A DNA stretch of 64,000 nt from a bacterium. GTDB taxonomy: Bacteria > Zhuqueibacterota > Zhuqueibacteria > Residuimicrobiales > Krinioviventaceae. The notes under the pieces are model-generated. The model ran no database searches. It was given only the letters and a program-made list of their open reading frames with translations, and was not told where the DNA came from. Made by a program: the position numbers and the translations under genes. Positions 10,401 to 18,178 of this stretch are shown here, in pieces (the first letter of the stretch is position 1; each line of letters starts with the position of its first letter). The stretch covers positions 128,001-192,000 of the forward strand of contig CAXXFV010000009.1 of the NCBI GenBank assembly GCA_963674595.2, in the 5' to 3' direction.

Positions 10401-12176
10401 AGTTTCTTTGATTTTATAGTGGACTCTGAAGATGATGGAAATTTTATATCTTCTATTTCAGATCTGGATAGTATACTACACTTATGCAAACAAAGATACC
10501 CAACACTGATGCTCAAGTGGCACTATAGAAGTAAACATGAGTCATTAATTGCTGTGTCCAATAACCAGTTTTATGAAAACAAACTTTTAGTCTACCCTTC
10601 AGCGACCTCACAATCAGAAAAATTAGGGCTCCATTTAAAATATTATAGTGACACAGTTTATGATAGAGGTAAGAGTCAGAAAAATTTAAAAGAGGCACAG
10701 ATTGTTGCAAAAGCTGCATTTGATCATTTTAAAAGGTCCCCGGACAAGAGTTTAGGAATAGGGACTTTTAGTATAAAACAGCAAGAAGCAATATTGGACT
10801 ACATCGAATTAATGTTACAGAAGAATCCCGAAATGGAAAACCATTTTTCTTCGCAGAAAGAAGAAAATTTTTTTGTAAAGAATTTGGAGACAATACAGGG
10901 TGACGAGCGAGATGTTATATTTATTAGTATTGGGTACGGAAAAGATGTAAACGGTCGAATTACCAATAATTTTGGCCCACTAAACCATGATGGGGGGGAA
11001 CGAAGATTAAATGTATTAATTACTAGAGCAAGAGAGAAAACCGTAGTTTTCTCAAATTTTAGAGCAATAGACATGCAGTATAGTAATGGCTTTTCGAAGG
11101 GAGTTAAGTCATTAAAACTATTTATGCAATATGCTGAAAGTAAAGAGATGCCTTATGAGGAGCAGTTTTTAGAAGACGCGGATTCACCGTTTGAGGAGGC
11201 AGTTTGTGATTTTCTAGTTGACAATGGATTTGAAGTTAGGAAACAAGTTGGATGTACCGGTTTTCGTGTTGATTTAGCAATAGTTGACGCAAAAGCCCCT
11301 GGAAAGTACTTACTAGGGATTGAATGCGACGGGGCAAAATATCACAGTTCTCCTGTTGCTAGGGATAGGGATAGACTACGACAACAGATACTTGAACAAA
11401 TGGGCTGGGTCATATATAGAATTTGGTCAACAGATTGGTATCGGAATAGAAACGAAGCACAAAAAGAGCTATTAGCATTCATACAAAGTTTAAATGATAG
11501 AGAAGACGTGGGAAATGACAAGGATGTTAATATTGAAAAAAATGGAAAGGAAGAAGAGGAAAAAAGTAAAATAAATAATTGTATTACCACTTATAAGCCA
11601 ACAAATTTTATCAAAAAAACTAAAAAATACAAGATGGCTACACAAAAGGATACTATTGGATTTAAAAGTTTTGATTTATGTGAGGAGTTTGATATAGCAA
11701 AAATAATAACTCAAATAGTAAAAATTGAAAGTCCAATCCATAATGATTATTTGATAAATAGATTGCGAATAATTTATGAACTAAAGAGGATTGGAGAAAG
11801 AATAATGGATAAGTTAGAATCAGCAATCTCTTTCGCTGTTAGATCGAAGATGATCAAACGTGATGGTGACTTTTATTTAGAAAAATATAATAAAAAGATA
11901 ACACCCCGATATCGGCAGGAAAAAAAAGAATTAGATTTATCGAAAATATATACAAAAGAAATAGAACAGGCGATTAAGTTTGTTTTGAAACACCAGCTTT
12001 CAACCTCACTTGAGGATTTGCTATATCAGGCTGCTAAAGTGATAGGTTTTAAGACTGTAAATCTGCAAACAAAAGAGAAAATTAAAAGAATCACTCTTGA
12101 AATGCTAACAAATTATGAATTAGAGTTTGATAGTAATGATTTTATTAAAATAGCCAAAAATGATAGCGACGAATAG
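7416..12176 (+). CDS. DUF4011 / SF1 (UPF1-like) helicase / Vsr-like (MTES_1575) nuclease / DUF3320-type protein (Hhe-like architecture)
   Basis: LLDLTNRNRLINF, GPPGTGKSQT, IFDEASQ, GDTRQLPP, HYRS, IQGDERD, RRLNVLITRAR, DSPFEEAV...GIECDG..YHS...RDRDRLRQ. Confidence 0.92.
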   Translation: MTETQRQIDIARKSLLDLTNRNRLINFKLTKNTSLKVVDELPTEIYNLLVIQEKSMAFKATIENLDDTKSLDLFTNVGNKKNDNSFARIDDSELPKNYTDLFLQTDQVKEKLSIKLRKISQDARAILEEQGYNILYLALGFLEYEDVEHERTRRKAPLILVPIELYRTKVKSDFKIKWTGEEILHNFALKEKLIEQGIILPDFEMPDEKSELDRYFNRVEKEINTHENWQVNKDIYLSFFSFAKFVMYKDLDADSWSDIHLSENKLLEGLFEKNEEILTANDFNEDDIDKKLETKKLFHILDADPSQICVIENAKAGKNLVVEGPPGTGKSQTIANIIAELLANEKTVLFVCEKMAALEVVKKRLDQTGIGQFCLELHSKKTNKNEFLKELEKCAFTTSETIPTFDTKFSNFEILKNELNDYAKTLRTRVGNLEFNVYELLMLKEKSLLHFERVKRNELDLSIGDWINITSEDYTEAIKSLNDLSQTIQLVQPINKNPWKWCAPNQIILPSDVKIIKEKLNYAIRNLTLYANSLKFLSTLSGIRIPRTMSNLKEAVNAAVMISKAGKVDENVLLNEEWNTPSNIASKIVETIRKIKNLKPIYSQKFRNNASGCDIVFLLKEYKETYNKIFKIFYPRYYKTKKMLKSIYLNSIQRNKYLILEDLLMLKEYINAKNYIKNIETKGLALFGTHWNGENSNPEMLEYLSGWLVSFRKELVAQTLSNNSLKLVSNGISKENIVKTLKKLKTEYINFAQSIKTLDRILKPNYDKYFEMKFENADINKIYNLLKMWEKHTDRIQKWTQFLPYIERCRKTIAWPIADYLFMNNLYSEDIVPSFQSCFADFFIRHAFETMPTLNNFVANFHQKRINSFIEIDQELIKLNRVRLYNKLSAAKPKIFYGISPDSEVGLLVGEFNKKRRHMPIRRLLSAIPKLVQKIKPCFMMSPISIAQYLKPGNVKFDVIIFDEASQIKPQDSLGAFLRAKQAIVIGDTRQLPPTSFFDFIVDSEDDGNFISSISDLDSILHLCKQRYPTLMLKWHYRSKHESLIAVSNNQFYENKLLVYPSATSQSEKLGLHLKYYSDTVYDRGKSQKNLKEAQIVAKAAFDHFKRSPDKSLGIGTFSIKQQEAILDYIELMLQKNPEMENHFSSQKEENFFVKNLETIQGDERDVIFISIGYGKDVNGRITNNFGPLNHDGGERRLNVLITRAREKTVVFSNFRAIDMQYSNGFSKGVKSLKLFMQYAESKEMPYEEQFLEDADSPFEEAVCDFLVDNGFEVRKQVGCTGFRVDLAIVDAKAPGKYLLGIECDGAKYHSSPVARDRDRLRQQILEQMGWVIYRIWSTDWYRNRNEAQKELLAFIQSLNDREDVGNDKDVNIEKNGKEEEEKSKINNCITTYKPTNFIKKTKKYKMATQKDTIGFKSFDLCEEFDIAKIITQIVKIESPIHNDYLINRLRIIYELKRIGERIMDKLESAISFAVRSKMIKRDGDFYLEKYNKKITPRYRQEKKELDLSKIYTKEIEQAIKFVLKHQLSTSLEDLLYQAAKVIGFKTVNLQTKEKIKRITLEMLTNYELEFDSNDFIKIAKNDSDE

Positions 12177-12237
12177 ACTTGATATTAGTTGTAGTTTAAC
12201 TACAGTACAAGAGCTTGTTGTAAAAATAACTATTTGT

Positions 12238-12269
12238 GGCTGATTTCCCGTGGTGATCAGTCTTTGTTT
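12238..12269 (+). terminator. Probable intrinsic terminator, also similar to the CRISPR-like repeat at 21.6-21.8 kb
   Basis: GGCTGAT...ATCAGTC stem followed by TTTGTTT, downstream of the helicase. Confidence 0.45.
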
Positions 12270-12417
12270 AAAAAGGATAAAGTTGTAATATTTCTGTGGA
12301 CAAAGTTAGGCTTTTTATATTATAATCCATAGTAGGTACCATACTTCTAAGTAACCCTCAACATCCATCTCACCAAAACAATCCAATCTAAAACCATCAT
12401 CAGAACATTTCAAACGC

Positions 12418-13968
12418 ATGTCATTTATCAATCGGGACTGGCTGCAGGATTTATATGCTCCGCCTGGCTTTTTTAATGACATTGCCAAAGGTATAAAACC
12501 TCAAACCGAAATGCCGCAGTTTATCGTGTTCATCAAGCCGGTTCAGGTCGGAATAACCGAGCGCCTTTTAGTTGAACTCTTGCATTATGTTTCCAGTGGA
12601 TTACGTGGTTTGTATGTCATGCCGAACCAAACCCTGAGATCGAACTTTGTACATGACCGAATTGATAAACTTCTCAGTTATGTTCCCTTGTACAAAAGTC
12701 ATTTGGATGAAGGAGGTGAAAGTGACAGTGTTTTACAGAAACATTATGGTAAAGGGACCATGCGATTTGTAGGATCGAATTCAAGGACAGAGTTTGTTGA
12801 AAATCCGGTTGATATCGCTTTTGTTGATGAATATGATGAATCAGACATGGACAACCTGGACCAGTTAAAAGACAGGTTAAAAGCATCTGAATATAAAATG
12901 CTTAGATATTCGTCACGACCCACTGTTGAAAATTGTGGTGTGGATGGTTTATACCGGTCTACGAATCAATCCCGATACCTGACCCGGTGTCAGCATTGCA
13001 ACAAATACATTGAACTTGACTGGTTTAAACATGTTGTTCGGCAGGTTGATTCTGAGGGTTTGATTTATAAAGTCATTAAAGAAGAAAATGGCAAACCTCA
13101 AATTATATGTGATAAATGTGAAAAGATTATATATGAACCATGGGTCGGTGAATGGATTGCCAAATACCCGGATAAACCGAGAGTCGGTTACCGGTTTTCA
13201 AGGTTGATCAGTTTTGATACTGATCTTTTGGAATTGTGGAATGAATTTCAGGAAGCTCTTGGAGATACGACCAAGACACAATTGTTTCACAATTCAAATC
13301 TGGGCCGTGCTTTTGCTCCAAAGGGAAGTAAAATAACTGAAGCTTTGATGGAAAAGTGTAAAGATGATTATCTCATGCCGTCTACGGGAAATAATACTTT
13401 TATGGGAGTTGATCCAGGTGGACGGCATCATTATTTCATCTGGGAACGATATAATGGAAGAAAACGACTTGTTGCTTGTGGTGCGGCGTATGATTGGGAT
13501 ACACTGGATTTTCTGATTGATCAGTATAATGTTGAAGTATGTACAATTGATGGTGAATATGATACTACGAAAGCAAAAGAGTTACAGTTAATGAGACCTG
13601 GTAAGGTATGGTTGTGTTGGTATAAAAAAGGGGGGAGCTTACAGGATCAGACAGTTGACATTGATAATAAAATTATTGCTCTTGACCGGACACAAGCTCT
13701 TGATCGTGTTTTAAAGAATATTTTAAAAAGTGAACAGGATGGATTTATCCTTCCGAGAAACTGGAGAAAGGTATCTGATGGTGAGTTGTTGGACCATTTT
13801 ACATTACCAGTCAGGTATTTTGACCCAAATACAAATCGTCAGGTTTGGAGTAAGCCCATTAGTGGAGACCATTTATTACATGCCGCAGCTTATTCTTTAA
13901 TCAGTGAAGAAATTGGTGGAACCATAGGGGGATCAATGGTGTGGAGCAGAGCTGGAAAGGCTAGATAA
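12418..13968 (+). CDS. Phage terminase large subunit (lambda GpA-like)
   Basis: KPVQVGITE (GpA-type Walker A), FVDEYDE Walker B, CQHC...CDKC zinc ribbon, RNase H-like MGVDPG and DHLLHAAAY; N-terminus may be short. Confidence 0.88.
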   Translation: MSFINRDWLQDLYAPPGFFNDIAKGIKPQTEMPQFIVFIKPVQVGITERLLVELLHYVSSGLRGLYVMPNQTLRSNFVHDRIDKLLSYVPLYKSHLDEGGESDSVLQKHYGKGTMRFVGSNSRTEFVENPVDIAFVDEYDESDMDNLDQLKDRLKASEYKMLRYSSRPTVENCGVDGLYRSTNQSRYLTRCQHCNKYIELDWFKHVVRQVDSEGLIYKVIKEENGKPQIICDKCEKIIYEPWVGEWIAKYPDKPRVGYRFSRLISFDTDLLELWNEFQEALGDTTKTQLFHNSNLGRAFAPKGSKITEALMEKCKDDYLMPSTGNNTFMGVDPGGRHHYFIWERYNGRKRLVACGAAYDWDTLDFLIDQYNVEVCTIDGEYDTTKAKELQLMRPGKVWLCWYKKGGSLQDQTVDIDNKIIALDRTQALDRVLKNILKSEQDGFILPRNWRKVSDGELLDHFTLPVRYFDPNTNRQVWSKPISGDHLLHAAAYSLISEEIGGTIGGSMVWSRAGKAR

Positions 13969-13989
13969 ATTTTAATAGAAAGGAATGAT

Positions 13990-14184
13990 ATGCCAGTACA
14001 AATAAATCCTAAATTAGAATCGACAAAGAAGCGTTTGACAATATTAAGAAATCATATATATGATATGAGTAAATATTTTGAAAAGAGTGGTTCAAAAAGT
14101 CCGGCAAGTGATGCGATCCGGGAGGTATCTAAAAAGACCGGATTTTCTGTGAGTTATTTACGTGATGTTTATTACAAGTATTGA
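13990..14184 (+). CDS. Small HTH-like phage protein
   Basis: AGGA RBS; AIREVSKKTGFSVSYLRDVYY helix-turn-helix pattern; followed by a terminator. Confidence 0.6.
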   Translation: MPVQINPKLESTKKRLTILRNHIYDMSKYFEKSGSKSPASDAIREVSKKTGFSVSYLRDVYYKY

Positions 14185-14214
14185 GGAAAAAGTTGAGAAT
14201 TTAATCGGTTGTCG

Positions 14215-14242
14215 AGCCCTGCAGAAGTGTGGGGCTTTTTTT
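14215..14242 (+). terminator. Intrinsic terminator
   Basis: AGCCCTGCA-GAAG-TGTGGGGCT followed by a T-run. Confidence 0.75.
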
Positions 14243-14313
14243 GTTATATATGGGGTAGATAAATTTTTTAAAAACAACTTGCGCCAATGTTACAAAATTT
14301 GTAATATAATTAT

Positions 14314-14462
14314 ATCAGCTGTAAAGGTCTGTTTTCAGAACAATCCGGTCGAGCATGGGAGTCTCTGAAAACCTTTAGCTGATTTACCACCTTTTTAACA
14401 AACAGGATTTAAAAGCACACACGAGGAAGAGGTTGCATCGGTCACAAAATCAGATCCCTGTT
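14314..14462 (+). ncRNA. Candidate structured non-coding RNA or leader
   Basis: Inverted repeat ATCAGCT.TAAAGGT..TTTTCAGA / TCTGAAAACCTTTAGCTGAT, second stem AACAGGAT..ATCCCTGTT; TTGCGC/TAATAT promoter-like sequence just upstream. Confidence 0.35.
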
Positions 14463-14819
14463 ATTTCGCGGTTACAATTATTGGGTTGGGTGGAGTCGGT
14501 CTATGTAAACCGGAAAACTCATTACAAGGAAATCAATTGGTTATTCGTTTTTTTAATTGATTTTATACAAGCTGTATAACATATATTTGAAAATATGATT
14601 TTAATAAAAATAACATGTTGTATTTATGGTTGTTACGGCATATTATTTATATTATATGACATGGTTTTTCAGTCTATAGTTAGTTATCAAAATCGTTCAA
14701 TACTATGTTCAGTGTATAGAAATATAAAGTCTATTAAATAAATGTTTTAGTTAAGCTAAAAAAAATTAGCCCTTTTTATGAATGGAAACCAGTTTTTTCG
14801 CTGGAGAGAGAAATGAAAT

Positions 14820-16241
14820 ATGAATACTGAAGAAAAAACCATTTTACTTGTTGAGGATCAAGCAGTCATTTGTCAGGATCAAGCTGCTATCTTGAGTAGC
14901 GAAGGTTACAATGTCATTACTGCTCTAAATGGAAAAGCAGCTCTGGATAAATTTAAAAATGGGCATAAAATTGATCTCATTTTAATGGATCTTGATCTTG
15001 GTAAAGGAATGGATGGAACTCAAGTTGCAGAAATCATTTTACGTGATCATAATATTCCTATTATTTTTCTATCGGGTCACACTGAAACGGAAATGATTAA
15101 AAAAACAGAAAAGATTACGTCCTATGGTTTTGTGGTAAAAGGTTGCGGAGAGAATGTACTTTCCACGGCCATTAAAATGGCTTTCAGGTTACATTGTTCA
15201 TACATGGAAAATTTTAGACAAGCAGAAGCATTAAAAGATTCTGAACTTCGTTACAGACGTCTTTTTGAATCCGCCCAGGACGGTATATTAATTTTAGATT
15301 CAGATCAGGGCGTAATAATAGATATTAATCCATATTTAATGGAATTGATCGGTTATAGTTTCAATGAAGTTTTGGGAAAGTCTCTTTGGGAAATCAGCCC
15401 TTTTCTGGACATTGCGGCGAATAAGGACAAATTTCTTGAGCTTCAAAAAACTGGGTATGCTCATTATGATCATCTCCCGCTTATAAATAAAAATGGAATG
15501 GTTAAGAATGTTGAATTTGTAAGTAATGTATATCTAGTAAACGATAATAAAATTATTCAATGTAATATCCGTGATATAGAAAAACGAAAAAAATATGAAA
15601 ATGGAAGAGAAGCAATATTGACAGGAAAAACAACAATGCTTCGGGAGCTCCAGCACAGAATCAAGAACAGTATGTCCATTATTGTCAGTCTTATTAGCCT
15701 TGAATCAAATCGATCACATGATTCCGAGACAAAAGAAGCTTTTCTCAGAATCCGTGATAGAATAAACTCAATGGCAAACCTTTATAATATGCTCGATAGC
15801 TTCAAGAATATGAATGAAGTTCAATTTGATAAATATCTTAAAAAAACACTTGATGAACTGTTTAAAGTTTATGTGAATTCTCATGGACAAATAACTCTGG
15901 ATACAGATCTGGAAAAAATAATGCTTGATGTAGATCTAGCACTACCCATTGGACTTGTTCTAAATGAATTGGTTACGAATTCTCTCAAATATGCATTCCC
16001 TGATTCTCACAGTGGGAACATTAAAATTACCCTCAAACGTATAAATGACGATGTAACCATTGATGTTTCAGATGACGGGATTGGATTTCCTGTAGAATCT
16101 ACTATCAATAATTCTGTAGGTCTGGGTATGTCGCTTGTACAAATGTTAATAGATCAAATTGACGGCAGTATTAAACATGTTCCTGTTGAATCTGGAACCA
16201 TGTTCAGTATTAAATTCCCTTTACAAAATAAGATTGAATAA
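14820..16241 (+). CDS. Hybrid sensor kinase REC-PAS-HisKA_2-HATPase
   Basis: ILLVED, DLILMD receiver; PAS RYRRLFESAQDGILILD; RELQHRIKN; NELVTNSLKYAF; DDGIG. Confidence 0.93.
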   Translation: MNTEEKTILLVEDQAVICQDQAAILSSEGYNVITALNGKAALDKFKNGHKIDLILMDLDLGKGMDGTQVAEIILRDHNIPIIFLSGHTETEMIKKTEKITSYGFVVKGCGENVLSTAIKMAFRLHCSYMENFRQAEALKDSELRYRRLFESAQDGILILDSDQGVIIDINPYLMELIGYSFNEVLGKSLWEISPFLDIAANKDKFLELQKTGYAHYDHLPLINKNGMVKNVEFVSNVYLVNDNKIIQCNIRDIEKRKKYENGREAILTGKTTMLRELQHRIKNSMSIIVSLISLESNRSHDSETKEAFLRIRDRINSMANLYNMLDSFKNMNEVQFDKYLKKTLDELFKVYVNSHGQITLDTDLEKIMLDVDLALPIGLVLNELVTNSLKYAFPDSHSGNIKITLKRINDDVTIDVSDDGIGFPVESTINNSVGLGMSLVQMLIDQIDGSIKHVPVESGTMFSIKFPLQNKIE

Positions 16242-16278
16242 CATGAAAATTTATGTATTGTATTATCAGAAGAAAAGC

Positions 16279-16402
16279 GCATAACCCAATTTTACATGCG
16301 GATCGAACCACGCCCCCTTTTTTCTAATCTGGGAAGTAGCTGGAATCACTTGTTTTTTTATAATAACATTTGGTGGTTCGACCGGTGAAAATCACGTTAA
16401 AT
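16279..16402 (+). mobile_element. Integron attC site
   Basis: R'' GCATAAC; ATTTACA[T]GCGG[A]TCGAACCAC pairs with GTGGTTCGACCGGTGAAAAT with two extrahelical bases; R' GTTAAAT; 124 bp. Confidence 0.8.
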
Positions 16403-16476
16403 ATCTTATCAATTGCTTCAAGGATTCATCGAAAAATCTGAAAGACTGAAATAGTAAAATAGGAAAACACATCTAA

Positions 16477-17502
16477 TTGATCATAGCTAAAAGAAAACTT
16501 GTACTGAAAAGCAAACGAAATATTTTTTCACCAAATCTGAAATATAAATATTTTGAAAATTGCAAGAAACATCCATTTAGAGCAAATGAAAAAGATTTCA
16601 GTTTAGTAAATGCTTGGTGGCTTTCAGAATGTTCTTTTTTATCATATACTCCTCAGGATTTCATAAAATCTCAAATTAATCAAGCAGGAATTAAATCTTT
16701 TCGATTTTTTGAAAGTTTTAAGTGTAAGTGTTTCGTTGCCAATACATCTGATTTTGCTATTGTCACTTTTCGAGGAACTGCGACTACAAGCACTGATTTA
16801 TTTATCGATTTAATTGATAATCTAAGTTTTAAGCTAACCGATTTTAGAGAAGGAGAGAAAGTTCATTACGGTTTTTATAGTGCATTTAAAGATATTTGGA
16901 ATGGTAACACTGGCTTCAAGGAGTATCTTTATTATTTACAGAAAGATAATCCTGATATAACTTTTTGGTTTACAGGACATAGTCTTGGAGCAGCTGTTGC
17001 GAGTTTGGTAGCTGCTTCTTTTGAGAGTTATCATGCTCTTTATACTTTCGGGGCGCCAATGGTGGGAAATTTAGATTTTGCAAATAGTCTTAAGCAAAAA
17101 ACATATCGCATAGTAAATTATGGTGATCTAATTACACTGCTTCCCCCTTCGTTTAGTAATAAAATAGAAAAGGAATATGTACATCATGGAATAACGAAAT
17201 TCATTGATAAACATAAATCATTAGCTACTGAAATAACATTTCCTGACAATCAGTTTACAGGTTCAATAGAGATAACCTCCAAGATTATAGATATAATTTT
17301 TGATAAAGATAAAAGCGTATTATTAAAAATTATTGATCTTTCGGATTTAAATAATAAAACTTCTTTATCACCAGTTTCATTGTTAATTAGACTATTAAAA
17401 AAAATAAAAAGAACCATTTCAAGAACAAAAGTGATAAAAATATCAAATCATGCTCCAATATGCTATGCAGTTTATTTATGGAATATTTATATAAAAGACT
17501 AA
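16477..17502 (+). CDS. Lipase class 3 family protein (gene cassette)
   Basis: VTFRGT, VHYGF, TGHSLGAA nucleophile elbow, YTFGAPMVG, RIVNYGDLIT; start codon uncertain. Confidence 0.9.
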   Translation: MIIAKRKLVLKSKRNIFSPNLKYKYFENCKKHPFRANEKDFSLVNAWWLSECSFLSYTPQDFIKSQINQAGIKSFRFFESFKCKCFVANTSDFAIVTFRGTATTSTDLFIDLIDNLSFKLTDFREGEKVHYGFYSAFKDIWNGNTGFKEYLYYLQKDNPDITFWFTGHSLGAAVASLVAASFESYHALYTFGAPMVGNLDFANSLKQKTYRIVNYGDLITLLPPSFSNKIEKEYVHHGITKFIDKHKSLATEITFPDNQFTGSIEITSKIIDIIFDKDKSVLLKIIDLSDLNNKTSLSPVSLLIRLLKKIKRTISRTKVIKISNHAPICYAVYLWNIYIKD

Positions 17503-17510
17503 ATACCAAT

Positions 17511-17645
17511 ATTTAACAAAGTATTCCAGCGGAACACAGGGCGTTTTTTCAATTTGAGTTTGGTTCATTAATTTCTTAAAAGTTCAGATAAAATCTGAAA
17601 TATCGTGCATGTAAGCCCTGTGTCCCCTGAATACTCTAGTTAGCC
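17511..17645 (+). mobile_element. Integron attC site of the lipase cassette
   Basis: ATATTTAAC is the exact complement of GTTAAATAT at the cassette start (16396); AGTATTC[C]AGCGGA[A]CACAGGGC pairs with GCCCTGTGTCCCCTGAATACT; R' GTTAGCC; 135 bp. Confidence 0.88.
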
Positions 17646-17738
17646 ACTTTAAAAAGATATTATCGTCTCGAAAGCGATTAACTTTTGGGACATTAATCGA
17701 CCATTTAGATTTTTTTCATAATACCCAACAATTTTTTC

Positions 17739-17768
17739 CAAGCTATGGGTGAATTACCATAAAATATG
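17739..17768. repeat. Palindromic motif TATGGGTG(A/T)ATTACC(C)A, copy 1 of 3
   Basis: Other copies at 20538-20563 and 20792-20821. Confidence 0.7.
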
Positions 17769-17985
17769 CTTAAATAGTGCCTTTAAGATAAAAAAAGTAA
17801 TGCTAACAATCTGTAGAAATTTTAATAAACCTAAAAAACAGTTGTATTAGTCATAAATAACTTGTATTTTTACACATACTGTTATTAATGGTTTCTTTTA
17901 GAACGTTTGGTAATTGTAGATAATCATACTCGGCCCTTATCCCTCTTTCTAAAATAATACTAAATATAAAGTTTAATCCTAGAGT

Positions 17986-18116
17986 TTACAACAAGCTCAA
18001 TGCAAAGAAGCAGTGGATCTGCCGCATTTCATCAATTTTAACTTAAAAAGATTGGTCTAAAACCGAATAATCGGACAAGAACTATTAACTCGCAACCATT
18101 GATGAAGACGCTAGCT
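17986..18116 (+). mobile_element. Degenerate attC site
   Basis: TTACAAC-AAGCTCAATGCA...GCAGTGG on the left, CCATTGATGAAGAC-GCTAGCT on the right (R' GTT mutated to GCT); 131 bp. Confidence 0.45.
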
Positions 18117-18178
18117 GCATAATTATCCACAAACTATCTTACTTCCTACATCTGTATTTAACTATCGAATATTTTAAT

